Source of the DNA: the human T2T-CHM13v2.0 reference genome, Homo sapiens
Reading direction: 5' to 3' (one strand)
Length of the DNA: 64,000 nt
NCBI RefSeq assembly: GCF_009914755.1
Contig: NC_060930.1
The notes under the pieces are model-generated. The model searched no databases. It was not told where the DNA came from and worked only from the letters and a program-made list of their open reading frames with translations. A program made the translations under genes and the position numbers. Of the stretch, positions 28,270 through 47,602 are shown piece by piece. Each line of letters opens with the position of its first letter. Positions within the stretch are counted from its first letter, which is position 1.

Positions 28270-28720
28270 GCAGTGTTTCCCAAATTTGCTTGAAGATAAG
28301 ATACACCAGGAATGGGTGATTAAAAACAGATTCCAGAGCCCTGAGCCAAATCTGTTATACCAGAATATCCAGAGACATGGCCTAGAAATCTGGTATTCAA
28401 TAAGCGCTGTAGGCCAGTTGTTCTCAAGCTTTACGAATACACCAGAAGCACCTGCAGAGCTTGTTAAAACAGACTTGAGAATGCTGCTCCCCTCTCCTCT
28501 CTAGCTTCTGATTCAGTAAGTCTGGGGCGGGGCTTGAGAATTTGCATTTCTAACATTGAGAATCACTGCTTTAGGCTATGAAAGTGCTTCTCAAACTGCA
28601 TCTGCATCATCTGGAAGCATAGTCAGATTACTAGCTTCCAAATCTCAATCTAAATTTAACAACACATTTTAACATGATTCTGTGCCAATTAATGTTTGAG
28701 AAGCATGGTTCTAAGTGCTT
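28270..28720. mobile_element. MER5A/MER5B hAT-Charlie fragment cluster
   Basis: CAGTGTTTCCCAAA and TCTGATTCAGTAAGTCTGGGGCGGGGC...GAGAATTTGCATTTCTAACA motifs. Confidence 0.75.
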
Positions 28721-28799
28721 TGTATTATCAGAAAATTTAGAAAAACTACCATGAATAATATGATGCACTTGCATTGCAGAAAACTTGTGAATACAAAAT

Positions 28800-29910
28800 A
28801 AAAAGGCAACCAACAGATTGGGAGAAAATATTTGAAAACCATACATCTGATAAGTGGGTAATATTCAAAATATATAAGAAACTCCTACAACTCGATGACA
28901 CAAAACAAAGCAAAACAAACCCCCCCCAATATCCTGATTGAACAATGGGCTAAGGACTTGAATCAACATTTCTCCAAAGAAGACATAAAATGGCTAGCAG
29001 ATAAATGAAAAAAATGTTCAATGTCACTAATCATTAGTGAAATGCAGATCAAAACCACAATGAGATATCACCTCATTCCTGTCAGGATGGCTATTACTAA
29101 AAGGACAAGAGACATGTGTTAGCCAGGGAGTAGAGAAAAGGAAATTTTGTACACTGTTGGTAAGCATATATATTGATATAGCCTTTATGGAAAACAATAT
29201 GGTGGTTCCTCAAAAAAGTAAAATTAGAACTACTACATGATGCAGTGATCCCTTTTCTGGGTATGTACTCAAAAGAAATGAAATCAGTACCTTGAAATAT
29301 CTGCACTCTCATGTTCATTGCTGCATTATTCACCATAGCTAAGATACAGAAACAACCTAAGTGTCTGTCGATGGAAGGATGGATGGATGGAGAAATTGTG
29401 ATGTATATATATATATATATATATAATAGAATATTATTCAGCCTTAAAAATGGGGATCTGCCCATTTGAGACCACATGGATAAACCTGGAGGACATTCTG
29501 CTTCATGAAATAAGCTAGACAGAAAAACATTGCATGATCACACTTACATGGGATATACTAAAAAGTGAAATACAAAGAAACAGAGGTAGAACAGTGGTTA
29601 CCAGGGCTGGAGAGGTGGGGTAAATGGGGAGATGTAGGCCAATGGATACATAGTTATAGTTCTGTAGTATGAATATGTCTAGAGTTCTAGTTTACAGCAT
29701 GATGACTGTAGTTAGTAATACTGTGTTGAATATTGAAATTTTGGTAAGAGATTAGACTTCAGGTGCTTTCAAGGAGGCACACAAAAAAGGTAACTGTGAG
29801 ATAGGTATACTAATTTGCTTGACTGTAGTAATTATTTCACTGTTATATGTATATATATATAAAAACATCATGTTGTATACGTTTAATCTATACAATTTTT
29901 ATTGAAAAAA
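28800..29910 (+). mobile_element. L1MA-type ORF2 end and 3' UTR
   Basis: AAAACCACAATGAGATATCACCTCA...; internal (TA)n. Confidence 0.85.
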
Positions 29911-31427
29911 TACACTTTGTCCATGAACAGTGGTATTTAGACAATATTCACTTCTAATACTTTTATAAGCCACTTCTAAAATATATTACTTTTTTGATCT
30001 TGACAGCAACGCTGTTAGACAAGCAGAGCATAAATATTCCTATTTCTGTTTGATAGTTGAGACACTAAAAATTAGTGTAGATCAATCAATCATTTATTCA
30101 AGGTCATACAGTTAATATATGACAGGATTTTAGTTTGAATCAAATACTCTGCCTCAAGTCCAGTACTCTTTTCCTTAAGTCATACTTCCAGATTCTGCTA
30201 TCTATTTAAAAAATTACTAATCTGGAAATTGCATTACCTGAGAGAGAATTGATCTTTTCAACCAAACCTTTTAACATGATTTGTCAGCCTGCCTCTTCCA
30301 ATTCTCTAAAAAATAGCTTTCATCCTTACTACTATCATTATGCTCTTCCAAGATGTTCTTTTCATTTTACTTTTTTGACACTTGGAATATAGCTCAAGTC
30401 AGGAAATAAAGAGAGCTCTGCACAGCCAAGATGGGAAGAACAAGATGAAAATACTAAAGCTTATGCAGTTCATTCATAGATAAATAATCTCTTACATAGA
30501 AAAGTTCCTGGAGCCCTCTCTCAAAGTTGGGATACTCTCAAACAAGTCCTAGAAGGATGGAAATTTCTGTTCGCCCTTCCTTTTCAATCTAAAGCATATA
30601 AAAAGCAGCATTTGGAAGGAGAAGAGTTGTTGTGACAGGCAGATATAATGACAGAAGTAAAAAAAAAAAGTGGACCTTTTACAATGGAAAGGAGACAGTA
30701 TCCATAAAGCAAAACAAAATAACTCACAAAGCTCAGCAATACTCAGTCTTATCCACCACAGTAGATCATGCAGCCACCATTGCTGTACACTAGAGTGGAC
30801 TTTTATTTTAAAATAACAATAATCTTATATCATCTAAGAACAGATTAAATTATAGAGTACGTTGTTTAAGAATGTAGTGAAATAAGCAATGCAATTTAGA
30901 AAGATTTTTATAAGAAGATTCAAGTGAGCAAATCTTTGACAGTTCAGAATGATGTATTCTCTTAAGGATTCCTGAAGATAAGATTTTATTATAATTTTCT
31001 TTCTTTTGTCTCCTTTCTTATTGTAGTGTTTTAGAGCATGGGGACGACATATTACACTTGTATTTTACTTAACAGGATTCAACTATATGTATCCAGGACA
31101 AAAAAAAAATGAAGTGAAATAATGAAGAAAATAATTTTTTTTTTTTTAACCAGCCACTCTACTCAAGGGGCATATATTTTGGCATGAGGTTGGGATAGAG
31201 GATAGGTCATTGCTGTAACTTCAATCTCAGTTACTCTCAGGGCTCACATGATGTGAACATTTTGCTCTGTGATTGTAGCATTTGAAGCCACGTATTTTTT
31301 GGTGCCACATTGCCAAGTAAATGTTTTATCTGTTGAACAAGTTAGAAAACATTAAACTCTTTAAGCTGGAGTAAACCTCATTGTATTGTCCTTATTGAGA
31401 AATATTGTGTTTGTTTCCAGTGTGTAG

Positions 31428-31845
31428 TGTCAAATAAAAAACAAATTTGGACACAGTAAAGAGAGATTTTATTTGCAGGGATTATTACAAGGTGGAGAAA
31501 GGGCAAGCATCTCAAGAGTTAGGCAAAAAAAAAAAAAAAAAAGGTTTGGCTTTTCTTTTATAGAGAGGAGTAACCTAGGCTAGAATGAACTGGGTTGGGG
31601 GAAGAAGGATGAAATGGTGGCATGATCTGACAGAGAATGTTTGACTCTGAGACCAGTCTGCTCTCTTGGGGGTGCTGTTTAAGGAAAGTTGTGTGCTGGC
31701 TCAACTTGAGGGTAAGCCAAAGTTCAGGGATTTTGGGAAAGGAAAAAAACTTAACCAAAATTTGGTTAATAAGCATCCTGTTTCCATCCGTCAGTGGGGA
31801 TGAGCGGTTTAACTTTCGATTTATGAGGTTAAGAATGGGAATTTC
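31428..31845. mobile_element. Probable ERV1 (MER4-group) LTR fragment, cut by L1
   Basis: TGTCAAA start and LTR-like composition; abrupt end at the L1 junction. Confidence 0.45.
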
Positions 31846-35821
<3,976 letters not shown>

Positions 35822-36245
35822 AGAATCTACTGCTTAAGATGACTCTATTAAAATTATTATATCCACAAATATAAATTTGAAATTTCAGTTCTTGGTATTT
35901 TGAAATCTCTAAAGAAATGAGATCCATATAGCTAGATGAAATATAAAGTCATGCTATTACCTCAAAGAACCCTTTCTCAATTCAGATCACTTCTGATTTA
36001 GAAGCCTGTTAGTTGCTTGAATTCTCCTTCTTAATATTTGTCACATTTGTAAGCCATGCACTTAATATTTTTCTTTAGTGATAGATGGCAAGCTCAATGT
36101 GGACAGGGAGCCTACTTGTGTTGTTCACTATTATATTTCAGCACCTGTCCTATAATGCTCAGTCCATATTTCTTGGATGAATGAAAGATGTTTATATCAT
36201 TCTCTCATTGTAGAATAAAAAGTTACGTCACCCTATGTCCTCTAT

Positions 36246-36349
36246 TGTGTGTGTGTGTATATATATATGTATATATGTGTGTATACATGTATATATGTGT
36301 ATATATGTGTGTATATATGTATATATGTGTATATATATGTGTGTGTGTG

Positions 36350-36380
<31 letters not shown>

Positions 36381-36385
36381 TGTGT
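36246..36385. repeat. Compound (TG)n/(TA)n/(TATATG)n/(AG)n microsatellite at an Alu tail
   Basis: Direct inspection. Confidence 0.95.
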
Positions 36386-36622
36386 GTCTGGCTCTGTCAC
36401 CCATGTTGGAGTGCAGTGGCTGCATCTCAGCTCACCTCTGCCTCCCAAGCTCAAGCTACGCTCCTGCCTCAGGCTCCGAAGTAGCTAGGACTACAGGAAC
36501 ACCACCACACTTGGCTAATTTTTGTATTTTCTGTAGAGACAAGGTTTCCCCATGTTGCCCAGGCTAGTCTCAAACTCCTGGACTCAAGCTATCAATCTGT
36601 CTGTGCCTCCCAAAGTGCTGGT
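36386..36622 (-). mobile_element. AluJ-like, truncated
   Basis: GCTCTGTCACCC...CTCCCAAAGTGCTGG. Confidence 0.88.
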
Positions 36623-37899
36623 GTATATTTTTTTGACTATTTATTGTAATTTAGGTTTGTGAAAACTGGAAGAAATGTCTGGAGATCATTTTATAATATT
36701 TTGCATAAGACTATGTAAGTGAAATATTGTCACTTATTAATCAATGTACCTAATATTAAATGCTTATTATATGTTATATGCTATGCATAAATTATCTTTT
36801 TAAATCTACAAAATAATCTTATGAGTAAACTATGGATTATATAAGAATGGATCTAGACAATTTAGATACAAATACATGTTAGAACAGTCAGAATATCTTA
36901 CTCCTATTGTAATCATAAACAGACCTGGTGCATAGAAAAAAATGATTTCTTATGTCAGTGTGGTATCTTTATTTTCTGGAGGTATTTTGTACATCTGAAA
37001 TACATAAATTGTCAAAACATAGTGGTAAAAAGAATTTGGAAAATAATTATTGCTTATGGAGTCCCATTCCAAATTTACTACCATAACAGTTTATAATGGC
37101 TTCTCCTCTGGCTGCAAATATAGATATTTTTGTGGGTGAAAAATATAAAAGAGGAAGTTATTAGCATTAGACAGAATTTATGTAGCATAAATTCACTTCT
37201 GTAGGTCACATAAAATGACTGAGAATGATGTAAGTTAAAAAATTATTACATATAGATTAGGGACTAATAATAAAATTTGAAAGACTATCCATTTGTCCTA
37301 GCAGGGTATCCAGAGTACAGAAGAAAATGAATGAAGATATAAGGGACAGAGGACCATGGTATTGGTTCCTTTGGCTGGGTCCAAAAATCCAGACTTCTGG
37401 TCATCATTTAATTCCTCACAACTACAGCAAGTTTAGTGTTTAAAATAACTGAGGACTCAGAGATGGAACAGCTTCCCCGATTTTACCTACTTTTACATTA
37501 TTTGGATTCTAAAATCTGGCTGGACCTGTTAGGTTGTGATGGCCAGAGTAGAAATTTGGCATTTCATCTTCCTCTCCCTTCTCTCCTTCCTAATGCCTTT
37601 GTGTATTCTATAAATGTAGGGGTTTGGGAAAGGATGAAGGAATAATTAAGAAGAACAGAGCCTTTCTTGCCCTTTGTTCTTTGCCCTCTATTGCCCCAAG
37701 GCAGAACCTTAAATATAGTTCTGAAATTCAAAGCTAGCTTATTTAGATTAATAGGGAACTGTCATTTCAGAATAGGCAAAGTTGTGATTACTCCCAAATT
37801 ATTTCCAAAATCCAGTCTGTTCTGGATCCTCTTTTTTAGGATTTTGTTTGGTGTAGGATAATAATGGTTATCAGAATTAACTCAGGTAGTTAAAGGAAG

Positions 37900-38396
37900 G
37901 CAATTTTCTTTTTGAGCTAGTTTTGTATGCCAGCCACTGTTTTAGGACCTGGAGACAATGTATGAACAAACAAAGTTCTTGTTTCCTGGAGCTTAGGTCC
38001 AATGATAGAGCCGAGAGATAATCATAAACAAAAATATAATATGATTTCAAGTAGCATTAAGTACTTTGAAAGGAAGCAAAGCAAGATAAAGTGTAGGAAA
38101 TGATGGGTATGTGTGTCCTTTCTGTTGAGGTAATGTATGGATAAGTGATTTCCACAAAATGAGAGAACAGGGCAAGCAATAATTTGAGGGAAGAGCTGTC
38201 CAGGTAACAGAGCAAGTGCAAAAGCTTTGAGGGAAGCATGTGCTTGGCAGAAAGCCAGTGTGATTGGAGCAGAGTCAGAGTATGTGTGAAGGGAACAATT
38301 AGGTATTCTGAGAACAGATCATAGAGAACCTAGGAGGTCATAGGTTAGGATATTACATTTTACATTAAGTATGATTGGAATTTATTGAGAGTTTTA
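37900..38396 (-). mobile_element. L2 fragment (resumes at ~43415)
   Basis: TATGCCAGCCACTGTTTTAGG...CAAGTGCAAAAGCTTTGAGG. Confidence 0.7.
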
Positions 38397-38478
38397 AAAA
38401 TATATGTATTTTGTTTTTAATTTTTGTGGGTATATGGTATATCTATTCATGGGCTATGTGAGATATTTTAATAACAGG

Positions 38479-38833
38479 TGTATTAGTCCATTTTCACACT
38501 ACTATAAAGATACTATGTGAAACTGGGTAATCTATAAAGGAAAGAGGTTTATTTGACCCCAGTTCTGCATGGCTAGGAGGCCTCAGGAAACTTACAATTA
38601 TAGTGGAAGGGGAAGCAGGCACCTTCTTCACAAGTCAGCAGGAGAGAGTGAGTGCATGAAGGAGAAACTGTAAAACACTTAAGAAACCATTAGATCTCAT
38701 GAGAACTCACTCACTGTCATGAGAACAGCATGGGGGAAACTGCCCCCATAATCTGATCACCTCCCTCTCTCATCATGTGGGGATTACAGTTTGAGATGGG
38801 ATTTGGACAGGGACACAGAGCCAAACCATATCA
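38479..38833 (-). mobile_element. MSTA/THE1D-like MaLR solo LTR
   Basis: TG...CA; 5-bp TSD ACAGG (38474-38478, 38834-38838). Confidence 0.9.
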
Positions 38834-39598
38834 ACAGGCATGCAATGCATAATAATCACATCAGGGTAAATGGAGTATCCTTCTCCTCAAGCATTTATCC
38901 TTTGTATTACAAACAATCCAATTATACTCTATTAGTTATTTAAAATTATTATTGACTATAGTCACCCTGTTGTGCCATCAAATACTAGGTCTTCTTTATT
39001 CTTTCTATTTTTTCGTATGATTAATTATCCCCACTTGCCACTCCCACCACCCCTACCCTGCCCAGCCTCTAGTAATCATCCCACTCTCTATCTCCGAGTT
39101 CAATTGCTTTTAGTTTCACTCCCACAAATAAGTGCAATCATGCGAAGTTTGTCTTTCTGTGCATGGCTCATTTCACTTAGCATAATGACCTCCAGTTCCA
39201 TGCATGCTGTTCCAAATGACAGGATCTCATTCTTTTTTAGGTCTGAGTAGTACTCCATTGTATATGTACCACATTTTCTTTATCCATTCAGCTATTGACA
39301 GACACTCAGGATGCTTCCCAATCTTGGCTATTGTGAACAGTGCTGCAATAAGTATGGGAGTGCAGATATTTCTTTGATATAGTGATTTCCTTTCTTTTGG
39401 GTATATACCCAGCAGTGGGTTTCTGGATCATGTTGTAGCCTCTTTTTAGTTTTTTGAGGAACATCCAAACTGTTCTCCATAGCGGTTGTACTAATTTACA
39501 TTCCCAAAAACAGTGTACTAGGGTTCCTATTTCTTCACATCCTCACCAGCATTTTTTATTGCCTGTCTTTTGGATAAAAGTTATTTTAACTTGGGTGA

Positions 39599-40137
<539 letters not shown>

Positions 40138-40401
40138 TAATTGGATTATTAGATTTTTTTCTATAGAATCGTCTGAGTTCCTTATATATTCTGGTTATGA
40201 ATCCCTTGTCAGATAGGTAGTTTGCAAATATTTTCTCCCATTCTTTGGGTTCTCTCTTCACTTTGCTAATTGTTTCCTTTGTTGTGAAGAAGGCCTTTAA
40301 CTTGATGTGATCCCATTTGCCCATTTTTGCCTTGGTTGTTTGTGCTCATGGGGTATTACTCAAGAAATCTTTGCCCAGTCCAATATCCTGGAGAGTTTCT
40401 C

Positions 40402-40860
40402 TGTAGGAGATGGGCCAGGGTGGTGGGAAAAATTATAGGGAAAGATGAAAACCTTAGAAGGTCAGGAGGTTTTGCAAAAGCTTCGAATGAGGATATAGCT
40501 GAAGGCAGCCAGATTCTCTTATCTGGAGCCTGAGAGCAAAAGGTAGATAACAAGGGAATGTAAATGAACTTATCTAGATAAATTTGTTTACTCTTTTCTC
40601 CAGAAACCAACCGTTGATCATTCACATGCAAGACTGATCCTGCAGTCAACAATGCTTATTACCCCAAAATTTTGTATGCTCCAAGCCTTTGTCATTAAAT
40701 CTGTACTAAATAAATATGAGCATCGCTGGCTTACGGGAACTGCTAATTCTCTTCAGCCCCTAATGCCAGCAGTCCTGTATCCCGCTCTTTCACTGGATAC
40801 CTGTGTCTGAGTACTCCTTTCATCCGTTGCTCAGCCAGAGTCTGCAAGACAGACTCAGCA
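40402..40860 (+). mobile_element. LTR22 (HERV-K22/HML-5) solo LTR
   Basis: TGTAGGAGAT...GGGTGGTGGGAAAAATTATAGG...GCTGAAGGCAGCC...GCA. Confidence 0.85.
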
Positions 40861-43853
40861 TTTTCCCAATGGTTTCTTTTAATAGTTTCACAGTTTGAGG
40901 TCTTAGATTTAAGTCTTTAACCCATTTTGATTTTATTTTTATATGTGGTGAGAGATAAGGGTCAAGTTTTATTCTTTAGCATATAGATATCCAGTTTTCC
41001 CAGCACCATTTATTGAAGAGACTGTCGTTTTCCCAATGTATGTTCTTGGCACCTTTGTCAAAAATGAGTTCTCTGTATGTGTATAGATTTGTTTCTGGGT
41101 TATCTCTTCTGTTCCATTGGTAATGTGTCTGTTTTTACACTAGTACCATGCTGTTTTTGGTTACTATAGCTCTGTAGTATAAATTGAAGTCAAGTAATTT
41201 GATTCCTACAGTTTTGTTCTTTTTGCTCAAAATAGCTTTAGCTACTCTGGGTCTTTTGTTGTTCCATACAAATTTTAGGATTGTTTTTTCTATTTCTGTC
41301 ATTAAGAATGTCATTGGTATTTTGATAGGGACTACATTGAATCTGTGAATTGCTTTGGGTAGTATCAACATTTGAACAATATTGATTCTTCCAATCCATA
41401 AACATGAAATATGTTTCCATTTTTTTTGGTGTCCTTTTCAATTCATCAGTGTTTTATAATTTTCATTGTAGAGATCTTTCACTTGTCTGGATAAGTTAAT
41501 TTTTAGGTATTGTATTTTATTTGTAGCTGTTGTAAATGGGATTACTTTCTTGATTTCTTTTTCAGATTGTTTACTGTTGATATATAGAAATGCTACTGAT
41601 TTTCATATGTTGATTTTTTATCCTGGAACTTTACTGAATTTATCAGTTCTAATAGTTTTTTGGTGTAATCTTTAGATTTTTCCAGATATGATTATATCAT
41701 CTGCAAACAAGGATAATTTGACTTCTTCTTTTCCATTTTGGATGCCTTTTATTTCTTTCTCTTGTCTGATTGCTCTAGCTAGGACATCCAGTATGATCTT
41801 GAATAACAGTGGTGAAAATGGGCATCTTTGTGTTCCAGATCTTAAAGGAAGGGCTTCCAGTTTTTCCCCATTGAGTATGATATTAGCTGTGGGTCTTTCC
41901 TATACGGCTTTTAGTATGTTGAGGTATGTTCCTTCTATTTCCAGTTTTTTGAGGGTTTTTATCATAAAGGCATGTTGAATTTTGTCAAGTGCTTTTTCCA
42001 CATCAATTGAAATGACCATAGGGTTTTGTTCTTCATTCTGTTGACATGATGTATCACATTGATTGATTTACAAATGTTGAACCATTCTTTCATCCCTGGG
42101 ATAAATCCCACTTGATCATAATATAAATGATCATTTTAATGTGTTGTGGAATTCAGTTTGCTAGTATTGTGTTGAGAATTTTTGCATCAGTTTTCACCAG
42201 GGATATTAACCTGTAGCTTTTTTTTTTTTGGATGTGTCTTTGTCTGATTTTGGTATTAAGGTAATACCGGCCTTGAAGAATAAGTTTGGATGTATTTTCT
42301 TCTCCTCTATTTTTTGGAACAGTTTAAATAGTATTGGTGTTAGTTCTTTAAATGTTTGGTAGAATTCGGCAGTGAAGCCATCAGGTCCTGGGCTTTTCTT
42401 TGCTTGGAGGCTTTTTATTATTGCTTTTATCTCATTTGTTTTTGGTCTGTTCAGGTTTTTTATTTCTTCATGGTTCAATCTTAGTAGGTTGTATGTGTCT
42501 ATGAATTTGTTTCTTCTAGATTTTCCAATTTATTGGCATATAGTTGCTCATAGTAGTCACTGATGATCCTTTGAATTTCTGCAGTGTTGGGTGTAATGTC
42601 TCTTTCATTATCTCTGATTTTATTAATTTGGGTCTTCTCTCCTTTTTTCTTAGTCTGGCTAAAGTTTTGTCAATTTTGTTTATCTTTCCACACAACTACC
42701 TGTTTACTTCATTGATCTTTTGTATTGTTGTCTTAATTTCAGTTTCATTTATTTCTGCTTTGATTTTTATTGTTTCTTTTCTTCCACTATTTTATGGAGA
42801 TGGGGGAGGGATGGTGCAAGCACTCCCTTAAGTGCTCCAGCTGGTGTCTCACTATGTTGCTTGCCTCCCAGGTCCACTGGCTGTGAGCCCATATAGTACA
42901 AGCACTTGGCCAGGAATTGCAGTCATTGTAGTTTAGACTGCCTTTCAAGTATATTTAGGATCCCAGAACACTTTAGTCTTAGTGGCAATGATTGCCAAAA
43001 CCAAGTTCTGTCTGCTGGAATGGGCAGTTCCCCTCTTGTTAGGGCTGGTCTAAATCTTCCTTCTGTATGGATTTGCTTTCCATTGTGACAAGGCAGCACT
43101 GAGTTCAATGCAAAGTCCCGCAGTCGCTGCACTCTTCCTCCACCAAGTGCGCAGATTTTTCTCAGTGCTACACAACTGCTGCTGGGGGATGGGAAAGGGG
43201 TGCTTTTAGTAATTCAAGACTGTCTTTCCTACCCTCTTTGGTGCCTCTTTCAGCCATATAAATTTCTAACCAGGTACTGTAATTGCTCACCTGATTTTTG
43301 GTTCTTATGAAGGTAATTTTTTGATATAGTTATTAAATTTGTTGTTCCAAATTTAATAGGAGGGACAGTTGGTGGAGGCTTCTATTCAGCCATCTTGCTC
43401 TGCCCCTTCTCTTGGAGAGTTTTAGTGGAAGAAAAACATGATAGTATTTATATTTGCAAAAGAAATTCTCTGGCAGAAGAAAATTATACTGCATAGAAAT
43501 TTGGTCTACACAGAGGTATGAAGGACACTGGAAATGGTGACTATATGGCTAAATATAAAATACTTTACTGTCTTTACATCTAAATAGACTAAAAAGAAAA
43601 TTGACTGTTTAAAGTAAAAATAACAATAAATTGTAAGATTTATAACATATGTAGAAGTAAAATATATGTCAACAATAGCACAATAGCCATTTGTTCATTG
43701 TCTCCAGGACCCAGAGTGGCTAGCCTATAGAACTAGCCCAAAAAGAAAACTGCATTCTAGTAAGTACCTAAGTTAGTTTTGGGAGAGGAGGGAGAGGAGA
43801 AATGAAGTATGTTTTTTATGTTATTACACTACAGTTGTAGTGGTAAATTATTA

Positions 43854-44190
<337 letters not shown>

Positions 44191-44556
44191 ATATATATAT
44201 ATCTCACTATAAACCATAAACAACAAGCAAAATGCCAAAACAAAAAGTCATAGCTAATAAACCAATAAAAGAGAGAATATAAAATTATAAAAAATTAATT
44301 CAAAAAAAGAGAACATGGAAAAAGGGAATAAACAATAGATCAGAGAAATAGAACACAAATAGAAATGTGATAGATTTAAACTCAATCACGCATGAACAAT
44401 TATTAAATATAAATGGTCTAAATACTCCAATTAAAAGGCAGAGATTGAGTAGAAGAAAAAGCAAGACCCAATTATGTATGGTTTACAAAATTCGAGTTAC
44501 ACAAAGTAGGTTTTCTGACCACAATAGAATTAAATTATAAATAAGTAACAGGAGGA

Positions 44557-44830
44557 CAGAAAACCAAACACATGTTCTCACTCATAAGTGGGAGTTGACC
44601 AATGAAAACACATGGACACAGGGAGGGGAACATCACACCCTGAGGCCTGCTGGGGGATGGGGAGCAAGGGGAGGGATAGCATTAGGACAAATACCTAATG
44701 CATGCGGGGCTTAAAACCTAGATGATGGGTTGATGGGTGCAGCAAACCACCATGGCACATGTATACCTATGTAACAAACCTGCATGTACTGCACATGTAT
44801 CTGAGAACTTTAAGTATAATAATACAAAAA
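44557..44830 (+). mobile_element. Short L1PA7/8-like 3' end
   Basis: TSD TAACAGGAGGA (44546-44556, 44831-44841). Confidence 0.9.
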
Positions 44831-45196
44831 TAACAGGAGGATAGCTAAGAAATCTCTAAATATTTGTAAACTAAATAACACTTTTCTAAAGAATCTGTGA
44901 ATTAAATAATAAATTTTTAAAAAGTCAATGGAATACAAATAAAATGTGAAACAAATTATTTGATACAGTTAATATAGCAATTACAGAAACATTTCTAGCA
45001 CGAAACATTTATATTCATTTGACAAGAAAAAGGTCTCAAATTAATGACCTCAGCTAAGAGCAAATGAAACACAAAATAAGCAGAAGAAAGGAAATAAAGA
45101 TCAGATAAAAATAAATGAATTAGAAAATAGAAAATGAATACTGGAAATCAATGGAATCACCAGATGGTTTTTGGGATTAATAAAACTAATAATCCT

Positions 45197-45485
45197 GGCC
45201 AGGCGTGGTGGCTAACACCTGCAATCCTAGCACTTTGGGAGGCTGAGATGTGCAAATCACTTGAACTCAGGAGTTTGAGACCAGCCTGAGCAACATGGTG
45301 AAACCCCATCTCTACCAAAAATACTAAAAATTAGCCAGGTATGGTGTTGTGTGCCTGTGGTCCCAAGTATTCAGGAGGTTGAGGTGGGAGGATCACTTGA
45401 GGGGGAGGTGGAGGTTGCAGTCAGTTGAGATTGTGCCACTGCACTCCATCCTTGGCAACACAGTGAGACCCTGTCTGAAAATAAT
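45197..45485 (+). mobile_element. Alu (AluJ-like)
   Basis: TSD TAATAATCCT (45187-45196, 45486-45495). Confidence 0.93.
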
Positions 45486-46094
45486 TAATAATCCTGTAGC
45501 CAAATCAATCAAGATTAAAAGAGAGAAAATATAAACACCAAGAATATGAATTAAAATTATGATAGATTCTACAGGTATTACTTTGTGCCAATGTAGTTAG
45601 CCATTTAAATGAAATGTTCAAATTCCTTGAAAGTCAATCTACCACAGTTTACTCAAGAAAAAATAGATAACCTCAATACTTCTAAATCTATTTAACAAGT
45701 GAATTTGTAGTTTAGATCTTTCCACAATAAAAATTCCATGTAAGATATTTTCATTGATGAATTCTACCATATATTTAAGAAAGGAATAATACACATTTTA
45801 CACAAACTCTTCCAGGAAATAGAGGGAAAGGAAAAGTTTCTTACTCATTCTATGAGGATAGTATTATTCTAATACAGAAAGCAGGCAAAGATAATACAAC
45901 AGTAGAAAATTACAGACCAGTATACATCACGAACATAGATAAAGATATTCATAGCAAAATTTTAGTCAATTCAATCAAATAATATATAGAAATGAGAACA
46001 CATGACAGTCAAGTGGTGTTTATTCCAAGAATGCAAGGTTTAACCAACCTTAACATTTAAAAAATAATGAAGACAAGTCAGTGTATTACTAGAC

Positions 46095-46472
46095 TGTATT
46101 AGCTCAGGCTGTCTAACAAAATACTGTAGACTGGGTGGCTTAAACAACAGAAATTTATTTCTCACAGTTCTGGTGGCTGGGAAGTCCAAGCTCAAGGTTC
46201 TGGCATAGTTTCATTTCTGGTGAGGACTCTTTTTTTCACTTGCATACAGTCACCTTTTTGTCTTCACATGGTGGAGAAAGAAGTAATTCTGGTGTCTCTT
46301 CATTTACTTATTGGGGCACCAGCCCTATTGGATTAGTATTCCAATCTTATGACCTCATCTAACCTTTATAATCTCCTCACAGGCCCTATCTCCAAATATA
46401 GTGACAATGGGGTTAGGGTTTCAATATATAAATTTTGAGGGGAAGGGGGACCCAAACATTCAGTGTATAACA
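46095..46472 (-). mobile_element. MLT1A-type solo LTR
   Basis: TG...CA; degenerate TSD TAGAC/CAGAC. Confidence 0.85.
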
Positions 46473-47602
46473 CAGACTAAAAAGAAAAAACAACACAATT
46501 ATCTCAAAAGATGCAGAAAATACATTTGACAAAATTCAGTGCCCACTCATGATAAAAATTCTCTGCAAATGAGTAATAGAAGAGGATATCCTCACATTGG
46601 TAAAGAGCATTCATGAAAAACTGAGCTAATATCATATATCATGGTGAAAGACCGCCTATATTACCCCTGTAAGGCATGGATTTTTGCTCTTACCACTTAC
46701 TTCTATTCAACATCCTACTAGAGGTTCTAGCCAAGCAATAAAGCAAGAAGAACAAATAAAAGTTATCTACATTAGAAAGGAAGAAAAATAAATACCTTTA
46801 GTCGTATATGACATGATCATTATATAGAAAATTCTATGAAATCTGGAAAAAAGGCACTAGAACTAAGAAGTGAGTTTAGCAAGATTGTAGGATACAAGAT
46901 TGATATGAAAATCAATCTTTCTAAATATCTGCCTTTCTAAATAACTGAAATGGCAATCAAAAATTCATGTTAAACAATACCATTTATAATAGCATCAAAA
47001 ATACTGAATATGTACCAATAAAGCTTACAAGATGAAGGGATTACACAAGGGTATGAGGAAACTTGGGAATGATAATTGTGTTCATTATCTTTATTGTGGT
47101 GCTGTTTTGAGGATATTCATAGGTTAAAATTATTCACTTTAATTAGTTTAATTTATTGTATGTCAATTGTGTTTTTCAATAAGGTGACTAAAATTGCATT
47201 ATAATAAAACTGTGATAAATGTACTTTTATTTTTTCCCAGCAAAAATAACTTGTCCTATCTAAAAGTTAAATAGTAGGCAGAGTTTTATTTAAGAAACTT
47301 TACAATGAAAGCAGAAATATGATCTATTGTTTCCTATTACATGTATCCATGGACCCTTTTATTGTGTGTTATTCTCCTATTTTAAGAGATCATCTTATTT
47401 TCCAATTCTGGCTTGAAACAACTTAATAGATCAGTTCAATAAATTATAATATATTCACTCCATAAAATAAAACACAACTCTTCAGAAGAATCAACTAAGT
47501 TTACATTTATAGACCTGGAAAGCTATCCATAATGTAATATTAAAGTAAAAGAAAATTGCAGGATAACAAAATAGGATCCCATTTTTGTAAAAGGAAGGAA
47601 CA

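Noticed and set aside
36188-36488. Tyr/Ile/His/Cys-rich ORFs
   Set aside because: Translations of a microsatellite
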